Translations under genes and position numbers: made by a program | Shown: positions 44,144 through 54,829 of the stretch, one piece after another | How positions within the stretch are numbered: the first letter of the stretch is position 1 | Layout: the number at the start of each line of letters is the position of its first letter | Notes under the pieces: model-generated | Database searches by the model: none | The model's input: the letters and a program-made list of their open reading frames with translations, nothing else | What the model was told of the DNA's origin: nothing | Assembly (NCBI GenBank): GCA_902800365.1 | Contig: CADCEF010000004.1 | Span: 31,768-95,767, forward strand | Reading direction: 5' to 3' | DNA length: 64,000 nt | Origin: an uncultured Prevotella sp. | GTDB lineage: Bacteria > Bacteroidota > Bacteroidia > Bacteroidales > Bacteroidaceae

Positions 44144-45566
44144 ATTACGTAATGCGAGAGCACGAAAGCCGGAATGGTGTTTGGCCGAACCAGTAAACTT
44201 CTATCTGGACGAAGGCGAGCACTTAGCCATCGTTGGTAGAAACGGTGGAGGTAAGAGTATGTTGGTAGACATGATTACAGGAAAGCACCCTGTGGCGCCT
44301 GACAGTATAAGCTATTCTTTCACCGAACCTTACAACAACCTGAAAACCATAACGTTCCGCGATACGTATGGTAGCGATAACGACCGCACGTACTTCCTGC
44401 AGCAGCGTTGGAATCAGACTGAGATTAACGAGGAGACTCCCACTGTGGGCGCCAAGCTTGAAGAGGCTTACATGCTTGCTGGCGAAGATACTCCTGAACG
44501 CAGAGAGTTCCAGAAGCATCTGTACAAGCTCTTCCACATGGAGGATTTGCTTGATAAATATATCATACTTTTGAGCAGCGGTGAGTTGCGCAAATACAAG
44601 CTTGCAGCCAACCTGTTTACCAAGCCAAAAGTGCTTATCATCGAGAACCCGTTTATAGGTCTTGACGCTGAGACAAGAGACCAGGTTAAGGTTCTGCTCG
44701 ACTCGCTCGCTGCAGAGAAAGAGATGCAGATTATTCTGGTGCTGTCGAAGATTGACGAGGTGCCCGACTTCATTACGCGCGTAATAAAATTGGACGGTCT
44801 GCACATTGTATCTGACATCAAGGTAAAGACTGATTTTATTATCGAACATTGTCCGTTTGCCATCCAGGTGAAGAACGAGAATCCTATTCCACCAATACCT
44901 CAAGAGGTGATAAAATTCAATCACGTAACGATACGCTATGGCGAGCGAACCATCCTGAAGGATCTTAACTGGGTTGTGCTTAAGGGCGAACACTGGTCGC
45001 TTTCTGGTCAAAACGGCTCAGGTAAGTCTACCCTACTTTCGCTTGTATGTGCCGACAACCCACAGAGCTATGCATGCGACATATCACTATTCGGCCAGAA
45101 GCGCGGCAGCGGAGAAAGTATTTGGGATATCAAGCGCCACATAGGCTACGTATCGCCAGAGATGCACCGTAGCTACAAGCAGAACATCCCTGCCATAGAA
45201 ATTGTGGCAAGCGGACTGAAAGACACTATCGGCCTGTACTACAAGCCCAACAAAGAGGAAAAGGATAAATGCATAGAATGGATGAATCTGTTTGGCATAA
45301 AGAAGCTGGCCGACAGGAAGTTCCATGAGATTTCGAGCGGTGAGCAGCGCCTTGTATTGCTGGCCCGTGCGTTCGTAAAGAACCCAGACCTACTGATACT
45401 CGACGAGCCTCTGCACGGACTCGATCTGTGTAACCGTAATATGGTGAAGGCTATTGTTGACCGCTACATGATAGACAACCCAGAGTGCACACTCATCTAC
45501 GTAACACATTACGAAAATGAGTTACCGAACTGTATCGATAACTCATTATATCTGAATAGAAACTAA
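44130..45566 (+). CDS. ABC ATPase with duplicated domains (ModF-like)
   Basis: [32 protein letters not shown]. Confidence 0.88.
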   Translation: MKTIELRNARARKPEWCLAEPVNFYLDEGEHLAIVGRNGGGKSMLVDMITGKHPVAPDSISYSFTEPYNNLKTITFRDTYGSDNDRTYFLQQRWNQTEINEETPTVGAKLEEAYMLAGEDTPERREFQKHLYKLFHMEDLLDKYIILLSSGELRKYKLAANLFTKPKVLIIENPFIGLDAETRDQVKVLLDSLAAEKEMQIILVLSKIDEVPDFITRVIKLDGLHIVSDIKVKTDFIIEHCPFAIQVKNENPIPPIPQEVIKFNHVTIRYGERTILKDLNWVVLKGEHWSLSGQNGSGKSTLLSLVCADNPQSYACDISLFGQKRGSGESIWDIKRHIGYVSPEMHRSYKQNIPAIEIVASGLKDTIGLYYKPNKEEKDKCIEWMNLFGIKKLADRKFHEISSGEQRLVLLARAFVKNPDLLILDEPLHGLDLCNRNMVKAIVDRYMIDNPECTLIYVTHYENELPNCIDNSLYLNRN

Positions 45567-45576
45567 ATCAAAGTTT

Positions 45577-46176
45577 TTATTTCTCCATCAGGGCCGCTGT
45601 TCTCACACGAGACAGCGTCTCTGGTGTCATCTGCAGGTAGCTTGCGATGTAAACCAGCGGAGCACGCAGCACAAGCTGTGGCTGATTCTTTACCAGCTTC
45701 TGGTATCTGTCCTGAGCACTCTCAAAGCGTAGCATATCAGCGTGATGCTGACTGAGAATGAGGCTCTCCTCGAGAATCTTACGATACAGAATCTGAATGT
45801 TCACACTCTTCATGGCCACAGCCTCAAGTTCGGCCTTAGGCAGAGCGATAAGAATGGTAGGTTCCAGCGCCTTAATCTGCAGCTGTGATGGCACCTCGTG
45901 GAACAAGCTCTCGATACACATAACGATGCTGTTCTCGGTGGCCATATACTCGGTTAATTCCTTATCGTTTTTAAAGTAAAACTGACGTACAAGTCCACGT
46001 ACCACCCAATAGATATTGGTACATACCTCGCCCTCTTTAAGAACCATTTCGTTTTTTGCAAACTTCATTGGCACCAGGATGCTTTCTAGAAGGTCAAGCT
46101 CCTCGTGAGTCATAGTACTATATCTGCGGGCCAGTTCGCGGGCCACATCGCGTGTTGTTAAACTAACGTTTGCCAT
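45577..46176 (-). CDS. Crp/Fnr family regulator
   Basis: cNMP-like domain, IASYLQMTPETLSRVR HTH. Confidence 0.9.
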   Translation of the reverse strand: MANVSLTTRDVARELARRYSTMTHEELDLLESILVPMKFAKNEMVLKEGEVCTNIYWVVRGLVRQFYFKNDKELTEYMATENSIVMCIESLFHEVPSQLQIKALEPTILIALPKAELEAVAMKSVNIQILYRKILEESLILSQHHADMLRFESAQDRYQKLVKNQPQLVLRAPLVYIASYLQMTPETLSRVRTAALMEK

Positions 46177-46193
46177 AGATTATTGATATGTTT

Positions 46194-47975
46194 TTAGTCC
46201 AATTTTAATACTGCAAGGAATGCCTTCTGTGGCACTTCCACATTTCCTATCTGTTTCATACGCTTCTTTCCTCGTTTCTGTTTCTCAAGCAGCTTACGCT
46301 TACGGCTCACGTCACCACCATAACACTTGGCAGTAACATCCTTGCGTACCTGCTTAACTGTTTCTCGTGCTATAATCTTAGCACCAATAGCAGCCTGAAT
46401 AGCGATATCAAACTGCTGACGAGGGATGAGCTCCTTCAGCTTCTCGCACATACGGCGTCCAAAGGTTACAGCGTTGTCCTGATGAGTCAATGTAGACAAC
46501 GCATCAACAGGTTCACCATTAAGCAGAATGTCGAGCTTAGCAAGCTTTGAAGGACGGAATCCTGCCAAATGATAGTCAAAAGACGCATATCCCTTGGATA
46601 CTGATTTCAGCTTATCATAGAAGTCGATCACAATCTCACCAAGGGGCAGCATAAAGTGCAGTTCGATACGGTTTCCACTCACATACTGCTGGTCAATCAG
46701 CTCGCCACGCTTATCCAGACACAGCGTCATGATAGGTCCGATATAATCGGCAGCAGTGATGATTGATGCACGGATATAAGGCTCCTCGATGTGCTCAATC
46801 ATTGTCTGATCAGGCAGTCCTGAGGGGTTGTGCACCTCTTTTACCTCACCCTGCTTAGTGTAGCACATATAGCTAACGTTAGGCACGGTTGTGATAACAT
46901 CCATATCAAACTCACGATCCAGTCGCTCCTGAACAATTTCCATGTGCAGCAGTCCAAGGAATCCGCAACGGAAACCGAATCCCAGAGCAACCGAAGACTC
47001 AGGCATGAATGTAAGCGAAGCATCATTCAGCTGCAGCTTCTCGAGCGATGCACGAAGGTTCTCGTAGTCGGTAGGATCGATAGGATAAACGCCTGCGAAC
47101 ACCATAGGCTTAACCTCCTGGAATCCCTCGATGGCAGCGCTACAAGGATTAGCCACATGAGTGATGGTATCACCCACCTTAACCTCCTTCGAGTTCTTGA
47201 TACCGCTGATGATATAACCTACATCACCTGTCTTGAGTTCCTTACGTGGAATCATGTCCATCTTCAGCACTCCAATCTCGTCGGCATCGTACTCCATGCC
47301 TGTATTGAAGAACTTAACGTGATCGCCGCTCTTGATAGATCCGTTTACAATCTTGAAGTAAGCGATGATGCCACGGAATGAGTTGAACACCGAGTCGAAG
47401 ATAAGCGCCTGAAGCGGAGCCTTCTCATCGCCAACGGGATGAGGAATCTTCTCTACTACAGCGTTAAGAATCTCCTCAACGCCCTCGCCAGTCTTACCCG
47501 ATGCACGTATGATGTCCGAGCGATCGCATCCGATAAGATCGATGATCTCGTCTTCAACCTCATCAGGCATAGCACTCGGCATGTCAATCTTATTAATTAC
47601 AGGGATAATCTCCAGATTATGGTCGATAGCCATGTAGAGATTAGAGATAGTCTGAGCCTGAACACCCTGAGTGGCATCAACCACCAGCAGAGCACCCTCG
47701 CAGGCAGCAATAGAGCGTGACACCTCGTAAGAGAAGTCAACGTGTCCCGGAGTGTCAATGAGGTTCAGGATATACTTCTCGCCCTGATAAGTATATTCCA
47801 TCTGGATGGCGTGACTCTTGATTGTGATACCGCGCTCACGCTCCAGATCCATATCGTCAAGCATCTGTCCCTCAGTAACCTGTATGGTTTTAGTGTACTC
47901 AAGCAGTCGGTCTGCCAGAGTAGACTTGCCGTGGTCAATGTGGGCTATGATGCAGAAATTTCTTATATGATCCAT
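46194..47975 (-). CDS. lepA: Elongation factor 4
   Basis: [38 protein letters not shown]. Confidence 0.98.
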   Translation of the reverse strand: MDHIRNFCIIAHIDHGKSTLADRLLEYTKTIQVTEGQMLDDMDLERERGITIKSHAIQMEYTYQGEKYILNLIDTPGHVDFSYEVSRSIAACEGALLVVDATQGVQAQTISNLYMAIDHNLEIIPVINKIDMPSAMPDEVEDEIIDLIGCDRSDIIRASGKTGEGVEEILNAVVEKIPHPVGDEKAPLQALIFDSVFNSFRGIIAYFKIVNGSIKSGDHVKFFNTGMEYDADEIGVLKMDMIPRKELKTGDVGYIISGIKNSKEVKVGDTITHVANPCSAAIEGFQEVKPMVFAGVYPIDPTDYENLRASLEKLQLNDASLTFMPESSVALGFGFRCGFLGLLHMEIVQERLDREFDMDVITTVPNVSYMCYTKQGEVKEVHNPSGLPDQTMIEHIEEPYIRASIITAADYIGPIMTLCLDKRGELIDQQYVSGNRIELHFMLPLGEIVIDFYDKLKSVSKGYASFDYHLAGFRPSKLAKLDILLNGEPVDALSTLTHQDNAVTFGRRMCEKLKELIPRQQFDIAIQAAIGAKIIARETVKQVRKDVTAKCYGGDVSRKRKLLEKQKRGKKRMKQIGNVEVPQKAFLAVLKLD

Positions 47976-48077
47976 TAATATATCTATGCTTTAAGGTGCA
48001 AAGTTACAAAAAAAGTCTCGAAAATCGCATTATTTTGCTTTTTTTTGTATCTTTGCAGCCAAAAAATAGCATTCATT

Positions 48078-48464
48078 ATGAAAAAGTATTGGATAATAGC
48101 AATAATTGCTCTCATGTTTACCGCTTGTCAGGAGAGTCTTGAAGACAAGTGCGAACGCGACTCAAAAGAATACACCCGCAAGCATTGTCCCACGGCTATC
48201 GACGACTATACCATCATCGATTCGCTCACCTTCGATAGAGCCACTCACACCATACATTATTATTATCGTCTAACTGGTGTAGCCGATGAAGAGAAGGCGA
48301 TTAAGGACATTGATGCAGTAGGAACCCTCAAGAAGTCGCTTAAGAATTCAACCAGCGTACAGACCTATAAGAACAATAAGTACCGCTTTGCGTATACCTA
48401 TCGTTCGGATAAGGATCCAAAGAAAATTCTGTTAGAAGTGGTTTTCACAGATAAAGATTACTAA
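48078..48464 (+). CDS. Hypothetical lipoprotein
   Basis: MKKYWIIAIIALMFTAC lipobox. Confidence 0.78.
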   Translation: MKKYWIIAIIALMFTACQESLEDKCERDSKEYTRKHCPTAIDDYTIIDSLTFDRATHTIHYYYRLTGVADEEKAIKDIDAVGTLKKSLKNSTSVQTYKNNKYRFAYTYRSDKDPKKILLEVVFTDKDY

Positions 48465-48465
48465 A

Positions 48466-48502
48466 AAGAAATCCCCGCCTTCATCAAGCGGGGATTCTTT
48501 TT
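48466..48502. terminator. Bidirectional intrinsic terminator
   Basis: AATCCCCGC/GCGGGGATT stem with A and T tracts between convergent genes. Confidence 0.85.
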
Positions 48503-48503
48503 A

Positions 48504-49241
48504 TTATTCAGCTACCTCTTCAGGTTTCATGTTTGTGTAAACTGTCTGAACATCATCGAAGTCCTCCAGTTTCTCAACCATCTTGTCGATAGTCTCACGC
48601 TGCTCAGGAGTTACGTCCTTCAGGTCGTTAGGAATACGAGTGAACTCAGCACCTGTCACCTCGAAACCGTTCTCCTCAAGGTGCTTCTGGATAGCACCGA
48701 AGCTTGAAGGATCGCCGTAGATGGTGATGCTGTTCTCCTCCTCGTCCTCGTCGAACTCATCCTCTACTCCGTAGTCGATCAGGTCGAGAATCATCTCGTC
48801 CATATCCAGACCGTCCTTCTTCTTGAATGTGAACACGCTCTTGTGGTCGAACAGAAAGCTCAGTGAGCCCTGTGTACCCAGGTTACCGTTGAACTTGTTG
48901 AATACTGAACGAACGTCACCAACGGTACGTGTGGTGTTGTCTGTCAGAGTCTCAACGAAGATAGCGATTCCGTGAGGTCCGTATCCCTCGTAAGTTACCT
49001 CCTTGTAATCGCTCTGGTCCTTACCCATAGCGTTCTTGATGGCACGCTCAATGTTATCCTTTGGCATGTTCTCGCGCTTAGCATTAGCGATGATAGCACG
49101 CAGTGTAGGATTGTTCTCTGGCTCTGGACCACCAGCCTTAACGGCAATAGCGATCTGCTTACCAATCTTAGTAAATGTCTTGGCCATGTGGCCCCATCGC
49201 TTCAGCTTTGTAGCTTTACGATATTCAAATGCTCTTCCCAT
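48504..49241 (-). CDS. yebC: YebC/PmpR family protein
   Basis: MGRAFEYRK, YEGYGPHG, LEDFDDVQTVY. Confidence 0.93.
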   Translation of the reverse strand: MGRAFEYRKATKLKRWGHMAKTFTKIGKQIAIAVKAGGPEPENNPTLRAIIANAKRENMPKDNIERAIKNAMGKDQSDYKEVTYEGYGPHGIAIFVETLTDNTTRTVGDVRSVFNKFNGNLGTQGSLSFLFDHKSVFTFKKKDGLDMDEMILDLIDYGVEDEFDEDEEENSITIYGDPSSFGAIQKHLEENGFEVTGAEFTRIPNDLKDVTPEQRETIDKMVEKLEDFDDVQTVYTNMKPEEVAE

Positions 49242-49278
49242 ATACTTATTTAAATTTAAAAATTCAAGAATGTAAAAA

Positions 49279-51741
49279 TTAACGCAGTTCTGCGTTGAGC
49301 TGCTTCTTGATGTTTGCTATCAGCTTGTTCATGATTGCCTCAATCTGCTTGTCACCCATGGTCTTCTCCTCGTCCTGAAGGATGAAGTTAACGGCGTAGC
49401 TCTTCTTGCCAGCAGGCAGCTTATCGCCCTCATAAACGTCGAACAGCTCAACCTTCTTCAGCAGCTTCTTCTCTGTCTGACGGGCAATCTGCTCAATCTG
49501 AGCAAACTCTACGCTGTTGTCAACCAGCAGAGCCAGGTCACGACTAACAGCAGGGAACTTAGGCACCTCAGTGTAGAGCACCTCGTTCTTCTTGATAACC
49601 TTCATCAGTGCGGTCCAGTTAAGCTCTGCGTAGAACACAGGAGCATCCAGTCCGAACTGCTTCTGAAGCTTCTTAGCGATGATACCCATCTCGATGAGCT
49701 TCTTACCACCACGGTTCTCGATAGTGAGACCAGCTGAGAAGATATCGCTCTCGCTCTTTTTGCGAACGATCATACCTGGCTTAACGCCGATACGACGCAG
49801 GATGTTCTCAACATAAGCGCTCAGCTCGTAGAAGTTGCTATCCTCGTTAGCGTGAGCCCAAGAACCCTCAACACGCTTACCAGTGATCCACAGAGCGGCA
49901 TGATACTGCTCCTTGTAAGCCTGCATAGGATCGTCCAGATTCTCCTTCTCAGGATCGAATGTATAAACATTACCGAACTCGAAGAAACGCAGGTTACCGC
50001 GCTTACGGTTCACGTTGTGCTGAACACTCTCCAGTCCACCGAACAGCAGTGTCTGACGCATCACGTTCAGGTCGGTACTCAGTGGGTTCAAAATATTCAC
50101 GCAGTTCTCTGCAGGGAATGATGCGCTGCCCTCGTAGTAAGCACCCTTAGTGAGCGAGTTGTTCAGGATCTCGTTGAATCCCTCGCCAACCAGCTGCTCG
50201 CTAACCAGATTAGCCAGTTTGTGCTTCTGGTCCTCATCGCCCTTAATTACGAGCGATCCCTTAAGCTGTGTAGGAATCTCAACATTGTTATATCCATAGA
50301 TGCGCAGGATGTCCTCAACCACATCGCAAGGACGTGTCACGTCTACGCGATAAGCAGGAATCTCCAGCTTCAGGCCCTCTGCTGTCTCCTCGAGAACCTT
50401 CATCTCCAGACTCTCGCAGATGCTCTTGATCTTCTCTACAGGGATATCCTTACCCACCAGATCATGTACATATTTATATGTGAGGTCAACCACAGCGTTC
50501 TCCATCTTCTCAGGATAAACGTCTACGATCTCCATGCTAACCTTACCGCCAGCCAGCTCCTTACACAGAATAGCAGCCTGCTGCAGTGCATAGATTGTTC
50601 CGTTTGGATCAACGCCACGCTCAAAGCGGAAGCTTGCATCAGTGCTCAGTCCATGACGACGAGCGCTCTTGCGGATCCATGTTGGATGGAAGTAGGCACT
50701 CTCCAATACAACATTCTTGGTTGTCTCGTAAGTACCGCTACCCTTACCGCCAAACACACCAGCGATACACATTGGGTCCTCCTCGTTGCAGATAGCCAGA
50801 TCGCGGTCGCTCAGCTTGTGCTCCTCGCCATCCAGAGTCTGGAATGGAGTTCCGTCAGGCATAGTCTTAACCACAATCTTGTGGCCCTTCACCATATCAG
50901 CATCGAATGTGTGCAGAGGCTGTCCGTAAGCCATCATCACGTAGTTAGTGATGTCTACGATGTTGTTGATAGGACGCAAGCCGATAGTGTTCAGCTTGTT
51001 CTTAAGCCACTCAGGACTCTCCTTAACCTCGCAATCGGTTACGCTTACGCAAGCATAACGCTTACAAGCCTCAGTATTCTCAATCTTCACCTCGATAGGC
51101 AAATCGTGATTGTCTACTGTAAATGCAGAGCAGTCAGGACGATGCATCTTTGTCTCGTAGCCATTGCTCTTGAGCCATGCATACAGGTCGCGTGCCACAC
51201 CCCAGTGACTCAGTCCGTCAGCACGGTTAGCGGTGATGTCAACCTCGATAAGCCAGTCGCTCTCCAGATTGTAGTACTCAGCAGCAGGAGTTCCTACTAC
51301 TGCGTCCTCAGGCAGAACGATGATACCATCGTGACTTGTGCCCACGCCAATCTCGTCTTCAGCGCAGATCATACCGTTACTCTCTACACCGCGGAGCTTC
51401 GACTTCTTGATTACAAACTCCTTATCACCATCGTAGAGCACACAGCCCAGATCAGCAACAATAACCTTCTGACCTGCAGCAACGTTAGGAGCACCACAAA
51501 CAATCTGTGATGGCTCGCCCTTGCCCAGATCAACTGTTGTTACATGCAGATGGTCGCTATTTGGGTGAGCCTCGCAAGTAAGAACCTTACCTACGTACAG
51601 ACCCTTCAGTCCACCTTTAATACTCTGTACTTCTTCCAATGCGTCGACCTCAAGACCTGTTGACGTAAGTGCATCAGCTACCTGCTGAGCTGTCAGGTCG
51701 AAATCAACGTATTCCTTCAACCATTTGTAGGAAATATTCAT
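49279..51741 (-). CDS. pheT: Phenylalanyl-tRNA synthetase beta subunit
   Basis: IVCGAPNV, TANRADG, RFERGVD, FPAVSRDLAL. Confidence 0.97.
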   Translation of the reverse strand: MNISYKWLKEYVDFDLTAQQVADALTSTGLEVDALEEVQSIKGGLKGLYVGKVLTCEAHPNSDHLHVTTVDLGKGEPSQIVCGAPNVAAGQKVIVADLGCVLYDGDKEFVIKKSKLRGVESNGMICAEDEIGVGTSHDGIIVLPEDAVVGTPAAEYYNLESDWLIEVDITANRADGLSHWGVARDLYAWLKSNGYETKMHRPDCSAFTVDNHDLPIEVKIENTEACKRYACVSVTDCEVKESPEWLKNKLNTIGLRPINNIVDITNYVMMAYGQPLHTFDADMVKGHKIVVKTMPDGTPFQTLDGEEHKLSDRDLAICNEEDPMCIAGVFGGKGSGTYETTKNVVLESAYFHPTWIRKSARRHGLSTDASFRFERGVDPNGTIYALQQAAILCKELAGGKVSMEIVDVYPEKMENAVVDLTYKYVHDLVGKDIPVEKIKSICESLEMKVLEETAEGLKLEIPAYRVDVTRPCDVVEDILRIYGYNNVEIPTQLKGSLVIKGDEDQKHKLANLVSEQLVGEGFNEILNNSLTKGAYYEGSASFPAENCVNILNPLSTDLNVMRQTLLFGGLESVQHNVNRKRGNLRFFEFGNVYTFDPEKENLDDPMQAYKEQYHAALWITGKRVEGSWAHANEDSNFYELSAYVENILRRIGVKPGMIVRKKSESDIFSAGLTIENRGGKKLIEMGIIAKKLQKQFGLDAPVFYAELNWTALMKVIKKNEVLYTEVPKFPAVSRDLALLVDNSVEFAQIEQIARQTEKKLLKKVELFDVYEGDKLPAGKKSYAVNFILQDEEKTMGDKQIEAIMNKLIANIKKQLNAELR

Positions 51742-51832
51742 TATACCAAATCTTTAGTAATTACTATCTTTGAAATTTCAGGGTGCAAAGGTAGTAAAAA
51801 AATGGTATATCAACAAATTTTTCCCGCAAAAT

Positions 51833-52453
51833 CTACTCAATACACTTCATTAAAAAGTCTACAGCGCCGTTTATGCCGAATTTTCGCACATCCAGACATA
51901 TATCATAGTTGCGAGCATCGGTCCAATCCTTGCCTGTAAATGTCTTAGTGTATAACTCTCGGCTGTAGTCGTTATCAACCACCATAGCAGCGGCATCTCT
52001 AAGGTCGAGATCGTACTTCTGGGCTATGCGGCGCTTGCGACAATCCTCAGTGCTGTGAATGAAGATTTTCAGTGCATTAGGATGATTCTCGAAGATATGG
52101 AATCCGCATCGTCCCACTATCACGCAGCTCTCTTTCGATGCTATCTGCCTGATAGCTTCACACTGTGCTTCAAACAGCTCGTGCGATGTCTGATCTTGCT
52201 CAGCTCCGTCGTACTCTGCCTTAGACATGTAGTTACGATAGAAGTTGGTGAAATCGTCACGCCACAAAGGGTTGCGTGCCTCAATCTTCTCCATTGCCTC
52301 TTCTACCACTTGGTTTCTTTTAGCCACTTCGTTAAGAATCTGCTTGTCAAGCAACTTAACGTCCAATCTGCGTGCCAGTTCAGCTCCGATCTCATGACCG
52401 CCCGTTCCGAACTGTCGGCTGATTGTAATAACAAATTTTTCCTCCCTATTCAT
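51833..52453 (-). CDS. Cytidylate kinase-like family protein
   Basis: ITISRQFGTGGHEIG, VGRCG. Confidence 0.88.
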   Translation of the reverse strand: MNREEKFVITISRQFGTGGHEIGAELARRLDVKLLDKQILNEVAKRNQVVEEAMEKIEARNPLWRDDFTNFYRNYMSKAEYDGAEQDQTSHELFEAQCEAIRQIASKESCVIVGRCGFHIFENHPNALKIFIHSTEDCRKRRIAQKYDLDLRDAAAMVVDNDYSRELYTKTFTGKDWTDARNYDICLDVRKFGINGAVDFLMKCIE

Positions 52454-52544
52454 ATTCGTTCCGATTTTTAGTTAATAGATTCTTTTTACTGCTGCAAATA
52501 TAAAAAAAAGATTTGGAATCTCCAAACCTTTTTTGCTTTTTTTT

Positions 52545-52609
52545 GCAACGGACTACAGGACTTAAGGACATTTTTGCTAATCAGTCCTTTTAGTCATTTA
52601 GTCCGTTGC
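52545..52609. terminator. Long imperfect hairpin at oxidoreductase 3' end
   Basis: GCAACGGACTA...TAGTCCGTTGC 11-bp perfect outer arms with internal GGACT repeats. Confidence 0.6.
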
Positions 52610-54176
52610 TAGAAATATATGCAGCAGCGGCTTCGGCGCAGCGTTCTCCATCAACGCCAGCCGATACGATGCCTCCTGCATATCCGGCTCCTTCGCCACA
52701 AGGGAAAAGACCCTGAACACTAACATGTTGCAGCGTTTCCTTATCGCGAATTATACGCACCGGACTGCTTGTTCTCGTCTCCACCGCTATCATCACAGCC
52801 TCGTTAGTAAGGAATCCGTGAGCACTCTTTCCAAAGGCCTTGAATCCCTGTTGCAGTCTGTGCGAAATCATCTTAGGCATCCAGAAGTGCAGCGGGCTAG
52901 AAATCAATCCAGGAGCATACGATGACTTAGGCAGATCGTAGCTCAGTTTACCGTTCACAAAGTCCACCATTCTCTGTGCGGGAGCAGTCTGCTTCATGTT
53001 TCCCTGCTGCCAGCACATCTTCTCCAGTTCCTCCTGGAACGCCATCACCTTCAGCGCAGGTTCTGCATTATCGCATCTTTCCATTTTTGCATTGTCCAGA
53101 TCCTCTGGACGTACTTCTACCACCATTCCCGAGTTGCTCCACGCTGTTCCGCGATTAGCAGGACTCATACCGTTCACCACAATCTGCTCCTTATCCGTAG
53201 CAGCAGGAATCACGAATCCACCAGGACACATACAGAACGAGTACACGCCACGTCCGTCAACCTGAGTAACCATCGAGTACTCAGCAGCAGGCAGCCATCT
53301 GCCCCTACCTTGTTTATTATGGTATTGTATCTGGTCAATCAACTGCGAAGGATGCTCCAGTCGCACACCTACGGCGATACCCTTTGCCTCAATCTCAATC
53401 TTTGCCTCTGCCAGATACCTATATACATCGCGCGCAGAATGACCAGTAGCCAGAATCACAGGACCACGATACTCCTTATCGGCAATACAACCTACTACTG
53501 TATCGCCTTGCAGTATCAGCTGAGTCATCTTGGTTTTGAAGTGCACCTCTCCGCCACACCGTATGATGGTGTTACGCATTGCCTCGATAACCTTTGGCAG
53601 GCGGTCTGTTCCGATATGCGGATGAGCATCAGCCAGAATAGCCGTCGATGCACCATGCTGACAGAACACGTTCAGAATCTTTTCAATGTTTCCACGCTTT
53701 TTCGAGCGAGTGTACAGCTTTCCGTCAGAGTAAGCACCTGCACCACCCTCTCCAAAACAGTAGTTACTCTCGGCATCTACCTGCTGCGTACGGCTGATGT
53801 TTGCCAGGTCCTTCTTGCGCTCGTGTACGTCCTTACCACGCTCCAGCACAATAGGACGCAGTCCAAGCTCAATAAGTCGCAGAGCAGCAAACAGTCCACC
53901 AGGGCCCGCACCCACAACTATCACCTGCGGCTTACCCTCCACATTTGGGTATTCCGTATGCTGATAAACATCGTCGGCAGGCATCTCGTTAACGTATGCG
54001 CGTACCTTTAGGTTCACAAATATCTGTCGCTGTCGTGCATCGATACTGCGTTTCAGTATTCTTATGCCGTTGATGGTCCTTGCATCCAGCCCGTCTTCAT
54101 CAGCCAGGTAAGCTTTTAGTCTGTCTTCCTGTGCTGCCACTTCGGGCCTTACTCTTATCTGGTATTCTTTAATCAT
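52590..54176 (-). CDS. FAD-dependent oxidoreductase
   Basis: GAGPGG, FGEGGAGAYSDGKL, PCGEGAGYAGGI. Confidence 0.9.
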   Translation of the reverse strand: MIKEYQIRVRPEVAAQEDRLKAYLADEDGLDARTINGIRILKRSIDARQRQIFVNLKVRAYVNEMPADDVYQHTEYPNVEGKPQVIVVGAGPGGLFAALRLIELGLRPIVLERGKDVHERKKDLANISRTQQVDAESNYCFGEGGAGAYSDGKLYTRSKKRGNIEKILNVFCQHGASTAILADAHPHIGTDRLPKVIEAMRNTIIRCGGEVHFKTKMTQLILQGDTVVGCIADKEYRGPVILATGHSARDVYRYLAEAKIEIEAKGIAVGVRLEHPSQLIDQIQYHNKQGRGRWLPAAEYSMVTQVDGRGVYSFCMCPGGFVIPAATDKEQIVVNGMSPANRGTAWSNSGMVVEVRPEDLDNAKMERCDNAEPALKVMAFQEELEKMCWQQGNMKQTAPAQRMVDFVNGKLSYDLPKSSYAPGLISSPLHFWMPKMISHRLQQGFKAFGKSAHGFLTNEAVMIAVETRTSSPVRIIRDKETLQHVSVQGLFPCGEGAGYAGGIVSAGVDGERCAEAAAAYISSNGLND

Positions 54177-54312
54177 GGTGCAAAGGTAATCACTTTCTGA
54201 TAATAATGCAAGAAAAAAAGCATATTTTTGATGCAATCACTTGATATGAATCAAGCACATTGTAAGAATCTCAGAAAAATGTGCATTTAGAGTGAAAAAA
54301 CCACAATAAAAA

Positions 54313-54344
54313 TTTGGTAGAGTCAAATAAAACCTCTACCTTTG
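54313..54344 (+). promoter_or_regulatory. tRNA-Lys promoter
   Basis: TTTG (54313) - 20 nt - TACCTTTG (54337). Confidence 0.8.
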
Positions 54345-54366
54345 CACCCGCAAAACAAAAAACGAT

Positions 54367-54439
54367 GCACCCGTAGCTCAGTTGGTAGAGCACCTGACTC
54401 TTAATCAGGGTGTCCAGAGTTCGAGCCTCTGCGGGTGTA
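54367..54439 (+). tRNA. trnK: tRNA-Lys(CTT)
   Basis: 73-nt cloverleaf: GCACCCG/CGGGTGT acceptor, anticodon arm CCTGA-CTCTTAA-TCAGG, T arm CAGAG-TTCGAGC-CTCTG; CCA not encoded. Confidence 0.97.
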
Positions 54440-54447
54440 CTGATATT

Positions 54448-54478
54448 AAGAAGAGATAAGTTATACTTATCTCTTCTT
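54448..54478. terminator. Palindrome H1
   Basis: AAGAAGAGATAAG-TTATA-CTTATCTCTTCTT after tRNA. Confidence 0.85.
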
Positions 54479-54574
54479 TTTGTTTTATATCACTAAAATA
54501 ATCATAAATCCTTGGAAGTCTCAAATTATTGTCTTATCTTTGCACCCAGATGTATTACAATTGAATTACAAAAT

Positions 54575-54829
54575 ATGGCAACAACGACGATTAGAAAGCC
54601 CGCTTCGTTCAGACTTAGGGCTGACCTCTTAGAGGGATTAAAGCGAAATGCTGCACGAGAGAACAGGACACTCAACAACTATGTTGAGAGTGTGCTGCTC
54701 GGTATTGTATTTGATGAACCTAACGAGGTGACTAAAGCCGCTATCAAGGAGGCTAAGTCAGGTAAGAACCCCAATAAGGTTTATGATGATATTGATGAAC
54801 TCTTTAAGGATTTAGATTCGGATAAATGA
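54575..54829 (+). CDS. Ribbon-helix-helix antitoxin-like protein with no toxin partner
   Basis: RKPASFRLRADLLEGLKRNAARENRTLNNYVE, PNEVTKAAIKEA; own promoter TATCTTTG at about 54535. Confidence 0.75.
   Translation: MATTTIRKPASFRLRADLLEGLKRNAARENRTLNNYVESVLLGIVFDEPNEVTKAAIKEAKSGKNPNKVYDDIDELFKDLDSDK

Noticed and set aside
6402-51510. Long antisense ORFs over gyrA, clpC, rnfB, metH, pheT and others
   Set aside because: Shadow frames expected from biased codon usage; no recognisable domains or signals.
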